Origin: Elainellaceae cyanobacterium
Lineage (GTDB): Bacteria > Cyanobacteriota > Cyanobacteriia > CAKZMO01
DNA length: 64,000 nucleotides
Direction of reading: 5' to 3'
Assembly (NCBI GenBank): GCA_050330955.1
Contig: JBHJHJ010000022.1
Coordinates: 117 to 64,116, forward strand
A program made the translations under genes and the position numbers. Shown piece by piece: positions 50,667-60,056 of this stretch (position 1 is the stretch's first letter; the number at the start of each line of letters is the position of its first letter). The notes under the pieces were generated by a model, which did no database searches, was not told the DNA's origin, and saw nothing but the letters and a program-made list of their open reading frames with translations.

Positions 50667-51152
50667 ATGACCACCCTCTACATCATCCGCCACGGCATCG
50701 CCGCCGAGCCCGGAGCCTACGCCAGCGATGGCGATCGCCCCCTGACCGACAAAGGCCGACATCGCACTCAGCAGGTGGCCGAGCGACTGGCGAAGAAAGT
50801 TCATGTGGCGCTAATTTCGACCAGTCCCTTAGTGAGAGCACAGCAGACCGCCGAGATTTTACTGGAGACGGGGGTGGGCGATCGCCTCCAGATCTCGGAA
50901 TACCTCTCTCCCGGCGGTGACTTTCACCAGTGGCTAGACTGGCTCGCCCAATGGTCGGGGGAGACGCTGGCGATCGTGGGCCACCAGCCTGATTTGGGCA
51001 TCTGGGCCGAGCGGCTGCTGTGGGGTGACGTTCGGGGCTGTTTGGAGGTGAAAAAAGCCAGCGTTTTGGGGCTAAGTCTACCCGAAGTCGGCTCGCCAGA
51101 AGGGCGAAGCGGGCTCTTTTGGCTCACGCCGCCGCGACTGCTGCTCGATTAG
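50667..51152 (+). CDS. Histidine-phosphatase superfamily protein (SixA-like phosphohistidine phosphatase)
   Basis: N-terminal catalytic LYIIRHGIA (RHG motif) and the later His motif IVGHQPDLG. About 160 aa. Starts 4 nt after the previous stop. Confidence 0.7.
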   Translation: MTTLYIIRHGIAAEPGAYASDGDRPLTDKGRHRTQQVAERLAKKVHVALISTSPLVRAQQTAEILLETGVGDRLQISEYLSPGGDFHQWLDWLAQWSGETLAIVGHQPDLGIWAERLLWGDVRGCLEVKKASVLGLSLPEVGSPEGRSGLFWLTPPRLLLD

Positions 51153-51298
51153 ACCCCGCCAGCATCAAGGGTCGGCCGGCAGCGTAGGATGGTTTGACAA
51201 GTTGGCCTAGGAAATATCAGAAAATGACGACGAAGAGATCGGATGGGCGAGAAATGTGTCAAGCTTGATTTTGAGTTATTGAACACTGGCGCTCTAAT

Positions 51299-52492
51299 AT
51301 GTCCGTTGCACCCGACTATCGCCCCGGTTTAGAAGGTATTCCTGCCAAACGATCCAACATTAGCTACGTAGACGGGCGGCGCGGCATCCTTGAATATCGC
51401 GGCATTGGCATCGAAGACCTGGCCAGGGAGAGCAGCTTCATCGAGACCGCGTTTCTTTTGATTTGGGGCCACCTACCCACCGAGGGGGAGCTGGCAGACT
51501 TTAGCCATGAGATTCGCTACCACCGGCGGCTTAAGTATCGCATCCGCGACATGATGAAGTGCTTTCCCGAGAGCGGCCATCCCATGGATGCCTTGCAGGC
51601 CTGCGCGGCTGCTTTGGGGCTGTTCTATTCTCGGCGGGCGCTGGATGACCCAGCCTACATCCGAGCTGCAGTAGTGCGCTTGCTGGCCAAAATTCCCACT
51701 ATGGTGGCGGCGTTTCAGCTCATGCGCCGCGGCAACGATCCGGTCCAGCCCCGGGACGACCTAGACTACTCAGCCAATTTTCTCTACATGCTCAACGAGC
51801 GCGAACCCGACCCGCTCGCGGCCCACATCTTTGACGTTTGCCTTACCCTCCACGCCGAGCACACCGTCAATGCCTCCACCTTTTCCGCCATGGTGACGGC
51901 GTCTACCCTCACAGACCCTTACGCAGTGGTGGCCTCTGCCGTAGGCACCCTGGCGGGACCGCTCCACGGCGGCGCAAACGAGGAAGTGCTATTTATGCTG
52001 GAGGAAATCGGGGAGGTTGAGAACGTCAGACCCTATGTCGAAAGCTGTATTCAGCGACGATCCAAAATTATGGGGTTTGGCCATCGGGTCTACAAGGTCA
52101 AAGATCCCCGAGCCATTATTCTGCAGGAGCTGGCCGAAAAGCTGTTTGACAAGTTTGGCCACGATAAGTATTACGCCATCGCCATCGAGCTAGAGCGCGT
52201 TGTGGAGGAGAAGCTGGGCGGGAAGGGCATTTACCCCAACGTCGATTTCTATTCAGGTCTGGTTTACCGCCGCCTCGGCATTCCCTCTGACCTATTTACC
52301 CCGGTGTTTGCGATCGCTCGGGTGGCAGGTTGGCTGGCCCATTGGAAAGACCAGCTAACGGAAAATCGAATTTTTAGGCCCACACAAATTTATACGGGTG
52401 CCCACGGTCTTCCCTACGTTCCGATTGGCGATCGGGAGATGACGCTGGACCATAGAGCGCTTGCTGCACTGCAGCCCCCTGCAGCGCAGTAG
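51299..52492 (+). CDS. gltA: Citrate synthase
   Basis: PGLEGIPAKRSNISYVDGRRGILEYRGIGIEDLA. Catalytic region GFGHRVYKVKDPRA. About 397 aa. Confidence 0.9.
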   Translation: MSVAPDYRPGLEGIPAKRSNISYVDGRRGILEYRGIGIEDLARESSFIETAFLLIWGHLPTEGELADFSHEIRYHRRLKYRIRDMMKCFPESGHPMDALQACAAALGLFYSRRALDDPAYIRAAVVRLLAKIPTMVAAFQLMRRGNDPVQPRDDLDYSANFLYMLNEREPDPLAAHIFDVCLTLHAEHTVNASTFSAMVTASTLTDPYAVVASAVGTLAGPLHGGANEEVLFMLEEIGEVENVRPYVESCIQRRSKIMGFGHRVYKVKDPRAIILQELAEKLFDKFGHDKYYAIAIELERVVEEKLGGKGIYPNVDFYSGLVYRRLGIPSDLFTPVFAIARVAGWLAHWKDQLTENRIFRPTQIYTGAHGLPYVPIGDREMTLDHRALAALQPPAAQ

Positions 52493-52801
52493 TGGCATAG
52501 TGGTGCCACAGTAGCAGCATGGTCTGATTACACAGGCGCAATGAACGTGAATATCGTGCAATGGGGGGTAAAGCCCCCTTGCGTCCCTAAGAAGAAGTTG
52601 TCACTATTAGACCAGTGACGATTTTCAGGAACTCCAGCCCTTGGGCCGCTACGGTCCAGGGGGCTTTTATTATTTTGGCCTGGCAACTTTTTTCGCTAGA
52701 CGTGGGTCAAATGCCTTGACCGCGTGACATACCTTAAAGACTCGGCAAAATCAGTACAGGTTGGCCTAGTATAATCGCTTCAATGCCCCCTATACTGCTG
52801 T

Positions 52802-53317
52802 ATGTCGTTAGCATCGGCTGAATCTGTGATTGCCGTCTACCCAGGCAGCTTCGATCCCATTACGTTAGGACACCTCGACATCATTGAGCGCGCTAGCCGT
52901 ATATACGAGCGCGTGATTGTTGCCGTGCTGACCAACCCGAGCAAGACACCGCTGTTCACCGTGCAGCAGCGGCTTCAGCAGATAGCGCTCTCTACCGCCG
53001 AGCTGTCTAATGTGGAAGTGGACAGCTTCAACGGGCTGACCGTAGCCTATGTGGAAGCGCGACAGGCAAAGGTTATTCTCAGGGGACTGCGGGCCGTGTC
53101 AGACTTTGAAATGGAGTTGCAGATGGCACATACCAATAAGACCCTCTCAAGTCGAATCGAAACTGTCTTTTTGGCAACCTCCAATGAATACAGCTTTCTC
53201 AGCAGCTCAGTGGTTAAGGAAGTGGCAAAATTTGGAGGGCCTATCAACCATCTGGTGCCTGCCCCCGTCGCGTCAGACTTAAATCAACGCTATACCCCAA
53301 CAGCTTCCAAGCTCTGA
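52802..53317 (+). CDS. coaD: Phosphopantetheine adenylyltransferase
   Basis: [22 protein letters not shown] (nucleotidyltransferase HxGH). The true start may be the GTG at 52826. Confidence 0.85.
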   Translation: MSLASAESVIAVYPGSFDPITLGHLDIIERASRIYERVIVAVLTNPSKTPLFTVQQRLQQIALSTAELSNVEVDSFNGLTVAYVEARQAKVILRGLRAVSDFEMELQMAHTNKTLSSRIETVFLATSNEYSFLSSSVVKEVAKFGGPINHLVPAPVASDLNQRYTPTASKL

Positions 53318-53353
53318 CTTTCATGCTCCCCTAGCCCCTTAAATGCGCAAGCC

Positions 53354-54028
53354 GTGTCACATCCTGAACATTTATCGTCAGCCGAATCCGTGGAGGCTAA
53401 TCCTCCAGAGTCCAATCCGCTGGATATTCAGCGGCAGATGTCGAAGCTAGAAGACATTATCTTTGAAGGCATCCGCATTCCGCTGAGCCGCTACACCTTG
53501 ATTGATGAGGAAGAGGTGCTGGACCAGCTTGAGGAAGTGCAGCGATCGCTTCCGGCGGCGTTCGAGGAGGCCTTAATAGTAATTCGCCACAAGGAAGCTA
53601 TCATCGCTGAAGCGGAACACTACATCCAGGAGATGCTGGCGGCTGCAGAGCAGCGGGCCGCCCAAATGCTCAATCAAACCGGCATCGTACGCCAGGCTGA
53701 AGTGGAAGCGGCCCAGGTGCGTCAGAGTCTCCAGCAGGAGAGCGATGCGATGCGAGAGAGCGTCATGCAAGAAATTGATCAACGGCGACAGCAGGCTCAG
53801 CAAGAGCTCGACCAAATGCAGGAGATGGCGATCGCGGAGTGTGACGACATTCAGCGGGGGGCCGATGAATATGCTGAACAGGTGTTGAGCAGTGTGGAAC
53901 GCCAATTGACGGATATGATTCGCATTATCCACAACGGACGGCAGCAGCTTAATATGGACAGCGCTACCGCTAGGCCGTCTTCGCAGCCTCCCTCTACGCG
54001 CCAGCCAGGCCAGCGCTTCGCCCGCTAG
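53354..54028 (+). CDS. Hypothetical coiled-coil protein (DivIVA / ATP-synthase-b-like helical protein)
   Basis: 224 aa, Glu/Gln/Ala-rich heptads (AEQRAAQMLNQTGIVRQAEVEAAQVRQSLQQ...). No TM segment. Confidence 0.5.
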   Translation: MSHPEHLSSAESVEANPPESNPLDIQRQMSKLEDIIFEGIRIPLSRYTLIDEEEVLDQLEEVQRSLPAAFEEALIVIRHKEAIIAEAEHYIQEMLAAAEQRAAQMLNQTGIVRQAEVEAAQVRQSLQQESDAMRESVMQEIDQRRQQAQQELDQMQEMAIAECDDIQRGADEYAEQVLSSVERQLTDMIRIIHNGRQQLNMDSATARPSSQPPSTRQPGQRFAR

Positions 54029-54058
54029 GCAGCGCCGTGGACGGTCAGTCGTACGGTT

Positions 54059-55465
54059 TTACCCGACGTCTTCGCGCTCCCGCAGCTTGAGCATGATTTC
54101 TTCGTGCACGTCCCGCGTTAGCGGATAAAAATAGGCCAGCACGAGCCCCAAAATGAGGCAAACTGTCGGAAACGGCCCGATGGCGACACGGATAGCCAGC
54201 AAAGCCGATTCGGGCTGGGCCGGCGGCGGTGCCCCCGGCGTTGCTGGAATGAACCCCGCTAGCTCAAGGGCCTGACCCACCAAAAAGATGCCGACGGCCA
54301 GACCCACCTTCTGCAGCAGGGTCATGAACGAGTAAAAGACGCCCTCCCGCCGCTGGCCGGTCTGCAGCTCGTCGAGCTCAATCACGTCGGGCAGCATGGA
54401 CCAGGGCACCACATAGGCCGTAGCCACGCCAAAGCTCGCCGCGATCGCCAGCCCGTACAGCAGCCCCACCTGCCCGGGCTGCAGCGCCATTAGGCCGATT
54501 TGGATAACAATCCAACTCCCCATGCCGAGGAAATACAGGCCCCGCTTTCCCAGACGGCGGCTGATGCGGCTGCAGATAAACAACATGGGAATGGCCGTCC
54601 CCTGGACCGCTAGCGCCACCAAGAAGTAGGACTCTAGGCCAATCCAACTGACGGCATAGAAAGGAATAATTGACGCGGTAATCTGCAGCGCCAGCCACGA
54701 GGTCAAATAAATACCAATGACGAATAGAAAGGGGCGATTCTGAAAGACGATGGGAATTTGCTGCCAAAAGGGCATCGCTTGGGCAGGCTCGACCTCGGTT
54801 GGCGAGTCTTGCCCCTTGACGCGGTGCCGCGTCCCCCAAATGCACCAGTAGAGCGGCAGTACGGCGGCCACGGCGCCCACAAGCCCCAAGACTTGAAACT
54901 GCTGCTGCGGGTTAGCAATCAATTGGCTCAATACCGCGCCCAGGGCCAAACCCGACACCGCCCCGCCTAGGGAAAACGCCAGACGGAAGCTGCTGAGGGT
55001 AGTGCGCTCGTCGTAGTCTTGCGTCAGCTCTGGCGTGAGGGCGGCGTAGGGCAGGTTGACCGCCGTGTAACTGGTGAAAAATAGAATAGACACCACCAGG
55101 TAGTAGGCAAACTTGAGCCAGGGCTGCTCAAAACCCGGCACTACCCACATGAGGGCAAAGCTGACGCCGAAGGGGATTGACCCAAACAGCATCCACACGT
55201 GGCGGCGGCCCCAGCGAGACTGGGTGCGATCGCTCAAGTAGCCCACCATGGGGTCGCTGATGCTGTCCCAAATTTTGCCGACTAGCAGCACGGTTCCCGC
55301 CAGAGAGGGGCTGAGCCCAGCCACGTTGGTCAGAAAAATCAGAAACGAAAAGACGACTAGGTTAGCCGTCAGGCCAGCGCCCATGTCCCCAGCCCCGTAG
55401 GCAAGCTTGGTGGGGAAGGCGAGGGAAGCGCGATTAGATTTTGAGGACTGAGCGGCAGAGGGCAT
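54059..55465 (-). CDS. MFS transporter, glycoside-pentoside-hexuronide (GPH):cation symporter family
   Basis: GPH signature GYLSDRTQSRWGRRHVWML. Twelve TM helices. Confidence 0.8.
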   Translation of the reverse strand: MPSAAQSSKSNRASLAFPTKLAYGAGDMGAGLTANLVVFSFLIFLTNVAGLSPSLAGTVLLVGKIWDSISDPMVGYLSDRTQSRWGRRHVWMLFGSIPFGVSFALMWVVPGFEQPWLKFAYYLVVSILFFTSYTAVNLPYAALTPELTQDYDERTTLSSFRLAFSLGGAVSGLALGAVLSQLIANPQQQFQVLGLVGAVAAVLPLYWCIWGTRHRVKGQDSPTEVEPAQAMPFWQQIPIVFQNRPFLFVIGIYLTSWLALQITASIIPFYAVSWIGLESYFLVALAVQGTAIPMLFICSRISRRLGKRGLYFLGMGSWIVIQIGLMALQPGQVGLLYGLAIAASFGVATAYVVPWSMLPDVIELDELQTGQRREGVFYSFMTLLQKVGLAVGIFLVGQALELAGFIPATPGAPPPAQPESALLAIRVAIGPFPTVCLILGLVLAYFYPLTRDVHEEIMLKLREREDVG

Positions 55466-55627
55466 AGATTGGGAAGAAAATCTGTGCCTTCAGCATGACA
55501 TGAATGCTGCCGCTGCTGGTGGCGATCGCTGGCCAGTTTTGGGGTTGATACCTAAGGCGAAGGAAACGCTGTCGTTAGTAAAGTGACCAGCGCTCTGCGG
55601 CCTATACTTCTGGCCTACACCTGCGGC

Positions 55628-55798
55628 CTACACTTCTGACTGATAGGGCTGCCCCATGAAGCGCAGCGTTACCTCAGAGCGCTGTACCCCAGTGGACGGC
55701 TTGGACTGCCATGTCTTACCGCGATAGCGGCCCGTCAAAACATTGTCGAGGGCGCCGGAGTTCGAGCGCACGTACTCTAAACCGAGAAATTGAAGCTT
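55628..55798 (-). CDS. DUF4278-family small cyanobacterial protein
   Basis: MKLQFLGLEYV...GRYRGKTWQ matches the MKLxYRG..Y ... GKYRG..W pattern. AAGGA lies 8 nt upstream of this ATG. The track ORF extends further 5' to 55909. Confidence 0.5.
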   Translation of the reverse strand, partial: KLQFLGLEYVRSNSGALDNVLTGRYRGKTWQSKPSTGVQRSEVTLRFMGQPYQSEV

Positions 55799-55998
55799 CA
55801 TGGTAGTCATCCTTAAGAGCGGGTTTTTCAGGAAGATTGGGCAGACGCCCGTTACTTTTGCTGGACAATCCTGCATTAGCTGAAGCCAATGCGCCAAATC
55901 AGAGTGCACAGCTCTTCTGAAAGAGTAACCTTTCCTTGTTAAGGATTGATGATATAAAGGCTAAAATGTAGCAAAATTTACAGAATTAATCGGATGTC

Positions 55999-57573
55999 TT
56001 AACCGCTGAGTCGTTGCGTTAGATGGTCTCCCACTCGAAGGGCATTAGCGATGATGGTTAGGGTGGGGTTCACACCACCACTAGAGACAAAAAAGCCGCC
56101 GTCCACCACGTAGAGGTTATCGATGTCGTGGGTGCGGCAGTTGAGGTTTAGCACGGACGTCGCCGGGTCGGTGCCGAACTTCGTCGTACCGCACTGGTGC
56201 CCCACCACCTGCAGGGGCATCTTGTTGCGGGGGTAGATACCGAATGGGACCACGTGCTCAGCCCGGTCAATTGTCTTCAGCACTTGGGTCCAGCGGTGGA
56301 TGAGGCGATCGCCTGCTTCGGTATTGTTGGGGGTGTAGTGGAGATGGATGTTGCCGTTTTTGACTTCGACGCGGTTGCTGGGGTCGGGCAAGTCCTCTGT
56401 CTGCAGCCACCACCCCGTCGAGCGCTGGGCCACCTTCTCCAGCTCCGACTCCAGCACCAATTTGGTTAAGGGAGCCAGCAGCTTTGGGGCCTCAGCCGGA
56501 ATCATATCCTGCAGGACGTTGCCGGTGTTTTGCACCAGGCCCATGGGGTAAGGAAAGTCGGATTCTCCCCAGTAGTAGTCGCTGACGGCAATGGTCTTTT
56601 GGTAAACGTCGGGGTTGGTCTCCACATTGAGGGCGACCATCGCTGCGGTCAGGTGCTTCATCAAGTTCCGCCCCACCTGCCCCGAGCTGTTGGCGAGGCC
56701 GTTGGGGTGCTGGTCATTGGCAGAGCCCAGCAGCAGGGAAGCGGAATTAATCGCCCCGCAGGCCACCACCACAATATCGCCCTGAAACCGCTGGGGCTCG
56801 CCGTTCACTTTGGCTTCCACCGCGCTCACCCGCTTCCCCGACGAGTCGGTGTGCAGCCGGGTGACCTGGGCCTGAGTCATCAGGGTGATGTTGCTCTGGT
56901 GGCGAATGGGCTGGATATTGTTTACCTCAGCGTCAGCCTTGCCGCCGACGAGGCAGGGGAAGCCGTCGCAGGTGTCACAGCGAATGCAGGCCCCTAGAGT
57001 CTTGTCGACTTCGTTGAGCTTCAAGCCCAGAGGAAGGTGAAACGGCGTGAGCCCCTGGGTCTGAAGCGCATTCACCGTGGTCTGCATGTGGGGTTCGTGA
57101 CTAACGGCGGGGTGGGGAAAATCCGCCATGCAGGCGGGCTCTGTGGGGTCCTCGCCCCGCTGTCCGTGGACGTCATATAGCACCTCGGCCTTGTCGTAGT
57201 AGGGGGCGAAGTCGGCGTATTTAAGCGGCCATTCTGGCGAGACGCCGTCTTTGTGGGCCACTGTCTCAAAGTCTCCCTCCCGTAACCGCAGCAGGGCCGC
57301 GCCGTAGACCTTGGTGTTGCCCCCCACCCAGTAGCTCATTTGGGCGCGGAAAGCCTTGCCGTTGCTGCCGTTGTACCAGCGCTCATCGGTGTGGTAGCGC
57401 TCCTTCTCGTAGACTTCACGGGCGCTCCAGTTGGCCTTCTCCCGAGGCAGAAAGTCGCCCCGCTCCAAAATGAGGATTTGCTTGCCGCTGCTGGCTAGGT
57501 GGTGGGCTAGGGTGCCGCCCCCGGCGCCAGTGCCAATGATGATGACGTCGTAGTGCTGGGTCATGGTAGTCAA
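55999..57573 (-). CDS. GMC-family FAD oxidoreductase
   Basis: YDVIIIGTGAGGGTLAHHLASSGKQILILERG N-terminus. C-terminal GMC_oxred_C-like region. 524 aa. Confidence 0.85.
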   Translation of the reverse strand: MTTMTQHYDVIIIGTGAGGGTLAHHLASSGKQILILERGDFLPREKANWSAREVYEKERYHTDERWYNGSNGKAFRAQMSYWVGGNTKVYGAALLRLREGDFETVAHKDGVSPEWPLKYADFAPYYDKAEVLYDVHGQRGEDPTEPACMADFPHPAVSHEPHMQTTVNALQTQGLTPFHLPLGLKLNEVDKTLGACIRCDTCDGFPCLVGGKADAEVNNIQPIRHQSNITLMTQAQVTRLHTDSSGKRVSAVEAKVNGEPQRFQGDIVVVACGAINSASLLLGSANDQHPNGLANSSGQVGRNLMKHLTAAMVALNVETNPDVYQKTIAVSDYYWGESDFPYPMGLVQNTGNVLQDMIPAEAPKLLAPLTKLVLESELEKVAQRSTGWWLQTEDLPDPSNRVEVKNGNIHLHYTPNNTEAGDRLIHRWTQVLKTIDRAEHVVPFGIYPRNKMPLQVVGHQCGTTKFGTDPATSVLNLNCRTHDIDNLYVVDGGFFVSSGGVNPTLTIIANALRVGDHLTQRLSG

Positions 57574-57590
57574 GGGTTAAGGCTGAATGT

Positions 57591-58685
57591 TTACCGTTCG
57601 ATCAAACGCAGGGCATGGCCGTCAGGGTCTCGCACGAGGAAGGCCCGAACAAAGCCAAGCGATGCCGCTTCGTCGTTGCTCGGTAGGGTCACCGGACCTG
57701 AGGAGATGAAGGGAACCCCTACAGCTCGCAGCCGCGCTGCAGCGGCGATCGCATCTTCGACTTCTAGGGTGATGTCCCAGTGCCAGAGGTCATTGGGGCG
57801 GGACTCTGCCGGATAGGGGCGCCCCGTGGCGGGAGAGCGGTAGTCCAAAAACTCGACGCCCATACCGGCTTCTGCCCGCAGCCCAGTAATTTGCAGCCGC
57901 GCCCCAAATACGTTGTTCAGCCGCTCCTGCTCGGGGCCAAAGTTTTCGCTCTCCCCCGCCACGTCTAAACCCAGCAGATCTCTGTAAAAAGCTAGGCTGG
58001 CTTCGGTGTTGGAAACGCCGATGGCAGTGTGGTCGATGCCCAAGAAAAGCGCGTCCGTGGGCGCTTGCCAGCGGGGGGCGCCCTTGTCTGGGGGAAAGAA
58101 AATTAGCTCCAGGTTGTGGCCGTCCGGATCCTGAAAATAGAAAGCCTCAATGTCCGCTGCAGCGGGTATGGTCTCCGGCAAGCGCTGGGGGCCAGTAGAC
58201 ACATGCTGCACGTCAAACGACCGCAGCTGCTGGTAGGCCGCGTCCATGTCGCTGACGACGATGGCTACGTGCTGAAACCAAAGATCGTTGCTGCGGGAAT
58301 CTACGGGGATGGGGCGACCCCCCACAGTCAGGTATTCCGTTAGCTCAATTATCTCCGCCCCAAGCTGCAGCCGCGCCACCCGCATCCGCAGGCCAAACAC
58401 CCCCTGCAGCAGCTCATACTCACGGCCATGCACTTCAGTGACCGAGAGGGTCTCAAAGTCCAGCACCTGTTCGTAAAAGGCGATCGCCTCGTCTAGGTCG
58501 GATACGGTCATGCCGACGGAGGCAACGGCGGTAACCTCGACGGAGGCTTGCGGACTAGCCGGAGACTGCTGAGCCAGCACTGGGGAGTGCTGCCCATAAA
58601 CCGGCGGCAGGAGCGGGGATATGACCCCGATTAGCGCCGCTGTGGCGATCGCCAGCAGGCCATATCGTTTGAGAAATCGCGCCAT
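57591..58685 (-). CDS. Secreted two-domain VOC (glyoxalase/bleomycin-resistance/dioxygenase) family protein
   Basis: Signal peptide. Two glyoxalase-like modules (VGMTVSDLDEAIAFYEQVLDFE..., IDHTAIGVSNTEASLAFYRDLLGL...). Confidence 0.75.
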   Translation of the reverse strand: MARFLKRYGLLAIATAALIGVISPLLPPVYGQHSPVLAQQSPASPQASVEVTAVASVGMTVSDLDEAIAFYEQVLDFETLSVTEVHGREYELLQGVFGLRMRVARLQLGAEIIELTEYLTVGGRPIPVDSRSNDLWFQHVAIVVSDMDAAYQQLRSFDVQHVSTGPQRLPETIPAAADIEAFYFQDPDGHNLELIFFPPDKGAPRWQAPTDALFLGIDHTAIGVSNTEASLAFYRDLLGLDVAGESENFGPEQERLNNVFGARLQITGLRAEAGMGVEFLDYRSPATGRPYPAESRPNDLWHWDITLEVEDAIAAAARLRAVGVPFISSGPVTLPSNDEAASLGFVRAFLVRDPDGHALRLIER

Positions 58686-58686
58686 G

Positions 58687-59994
58687 TTATAGGTCCAGCG
58701 TGACTTGAGCGGTCTTGGGTTTCGACACGCAAATCAGCACTGCGCCGTCCTCTGGTGTACCGGTGGGCGCTTCGTCGTAAGCCACCTCCCCGGACTCTAG
58801 GCCGCACATGCAGGTGAGGCAGACGCCCTGACGGCAGCTATAGTCGGGATCGAGGCCTTGCGCTTCGGCGAATTCTAGCAGGGTGCCGTCTTGGGGCGTC
58901 CAGGTGGCGGTTTTGCTGGAGCGGGCGAAGGTAACCTCGGCGCTGGCGGCAGTGTTGGCCTTGGCTGCGGCTTTACCTGCTTTGGGAGGCTTAGCAAACG
59001 ACTCGAAGAATACCTGCGCCTTCGGAACGCCGATGTTGTCTAGGCCGCTGCGCAGCGAGTCCATGAAGCTGGGAGACCCACAGAGGTAATATTCGGCGTC
59101 TCCTGAGGCATGGTGCTGTTTAATTTCGGGGATGACGATATCCGTGAGCATGTCGGTGTCTACGTAGCCCTGGCTGTGATATTTACCGTCATCTTCGGGG
59201 CGCGGGCGACTGTAGCGGTAGTAGACGTGCAGGTTGGGGTGCTCGATGGCGTTGATTTCTTTGTCAAAGGCGTGGAATTCGCCGTTGCGGGCGCCGTGGA
59301 GAAACCAGACGTGGCGCTGTGGGTTGAGGCGGCTGACGGCTTTGGCCATGGCAATCATGGGGGTGATGCCGACGCCGTTGCTGATCAGCACCACCGGGCG
59401 AGACTGGGTGGGGTCGAGGACAAACCTGCCGCTGGGGGGCTTAGCAGGGATGACGCTGCCTTCTTTCACTTGGTCGTGCATGAAGGTGGAGGCCACGCCA
59501 GGGGGCACGTCTAGATCTTTGGGCGATCGCTCCCGCTTAATGGACAGGCGGTAGTAGTCTGTGGGTTTGACAAAGTCTGAGAGGGAATAGGTGCGGATGA
59601 CAGGGCGAGACTGACCGGGAATGTCAAGCTGGATAGTGAGAAACTGGCCCGGCTTGAAGCTGGGCAATGGTCCGCCGTCCTTAGGTTTGAGGTAGAAGGA
59701 GGTGATTTCAGCGCTCTCCGGAACTTTACGGGCCACCACGAAGTCTCGCCAGCCGGTCCATTTGTCTTTAGCGGCTTTAGTAGAGCTGACCTTAGGCTTG
59801 GTAAGCAGGCCCACAATGCCCCCCACAACGGCGATCGCCACCGCGCCGTGGCCAAATTGCTTATAGGCATCGTCTTCTTTTTGCTGAAAGCCGATGAAGG
59901 CTCCGCCAAACATGGTGGCGGCAGCGAAGCTAATCCCGGCTGACAGCGCCGCGCGAGCTAGCGGATTCCTAATTTTGTCAATGCCCTCAAACAT
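58687..59994 (-). CDS. Membrane-anchored PDR/VanB-type oxidoreductase (ferredoxin-NADP-reductase-like FAD/NAD domains plus a C-terminal plant-type [2Fe-2S])
   Basis: N-terminal TM helices. RTYSLS flavin motif. NAD-binding GVGITP. C-terminal CRQGVCLTCMCGLESGEV. Confidence 0.8.
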   Translation of the reverse strand: MFEGIDKIRNPLARAALSAGISFAAATMFGGAFIGFQQKEDDAYKQFGHGAVAIAVVGGIVGLLTKPKVSSTKAAKDKWTGWRDFVVARKVPESAEITSFYLKPKDGGPLPSFKPGQFLTIQLDIPGQSRPVIRTYSLSDFVKPTDYYRLSIKRERSPKDLDVPPGVASTFMHDQVKEGSVIPAKPPSGRFVLDPTQSRPVVLISNGVGITPMIAMAKAVSRLNPQRHVWFLHGARNGEFHAFDKEINAIEHPNLHVYYRYSRPRPEDDGKYHSQGYVDTDMLTDIVIPEIKQHHASGDAEYYLCGSPSFMDSLRSGLDNIGVPKAQVFFESFAKPPKAGKAAAKANTAASAEVTFARSSKTATWTPQDGTLLEFAEAQGLDPDYSCRQGVCLTCMCGLESGEVAYDEAPTGTPEDGAVLICVSKPKTAQVTLDL

Positions 59995-60056
59995 CCGAGT
60001 TCTCCCAATTCAACAGTGAACCTGCCCTAATCCACACCCTAACGAGGACAAATGAA

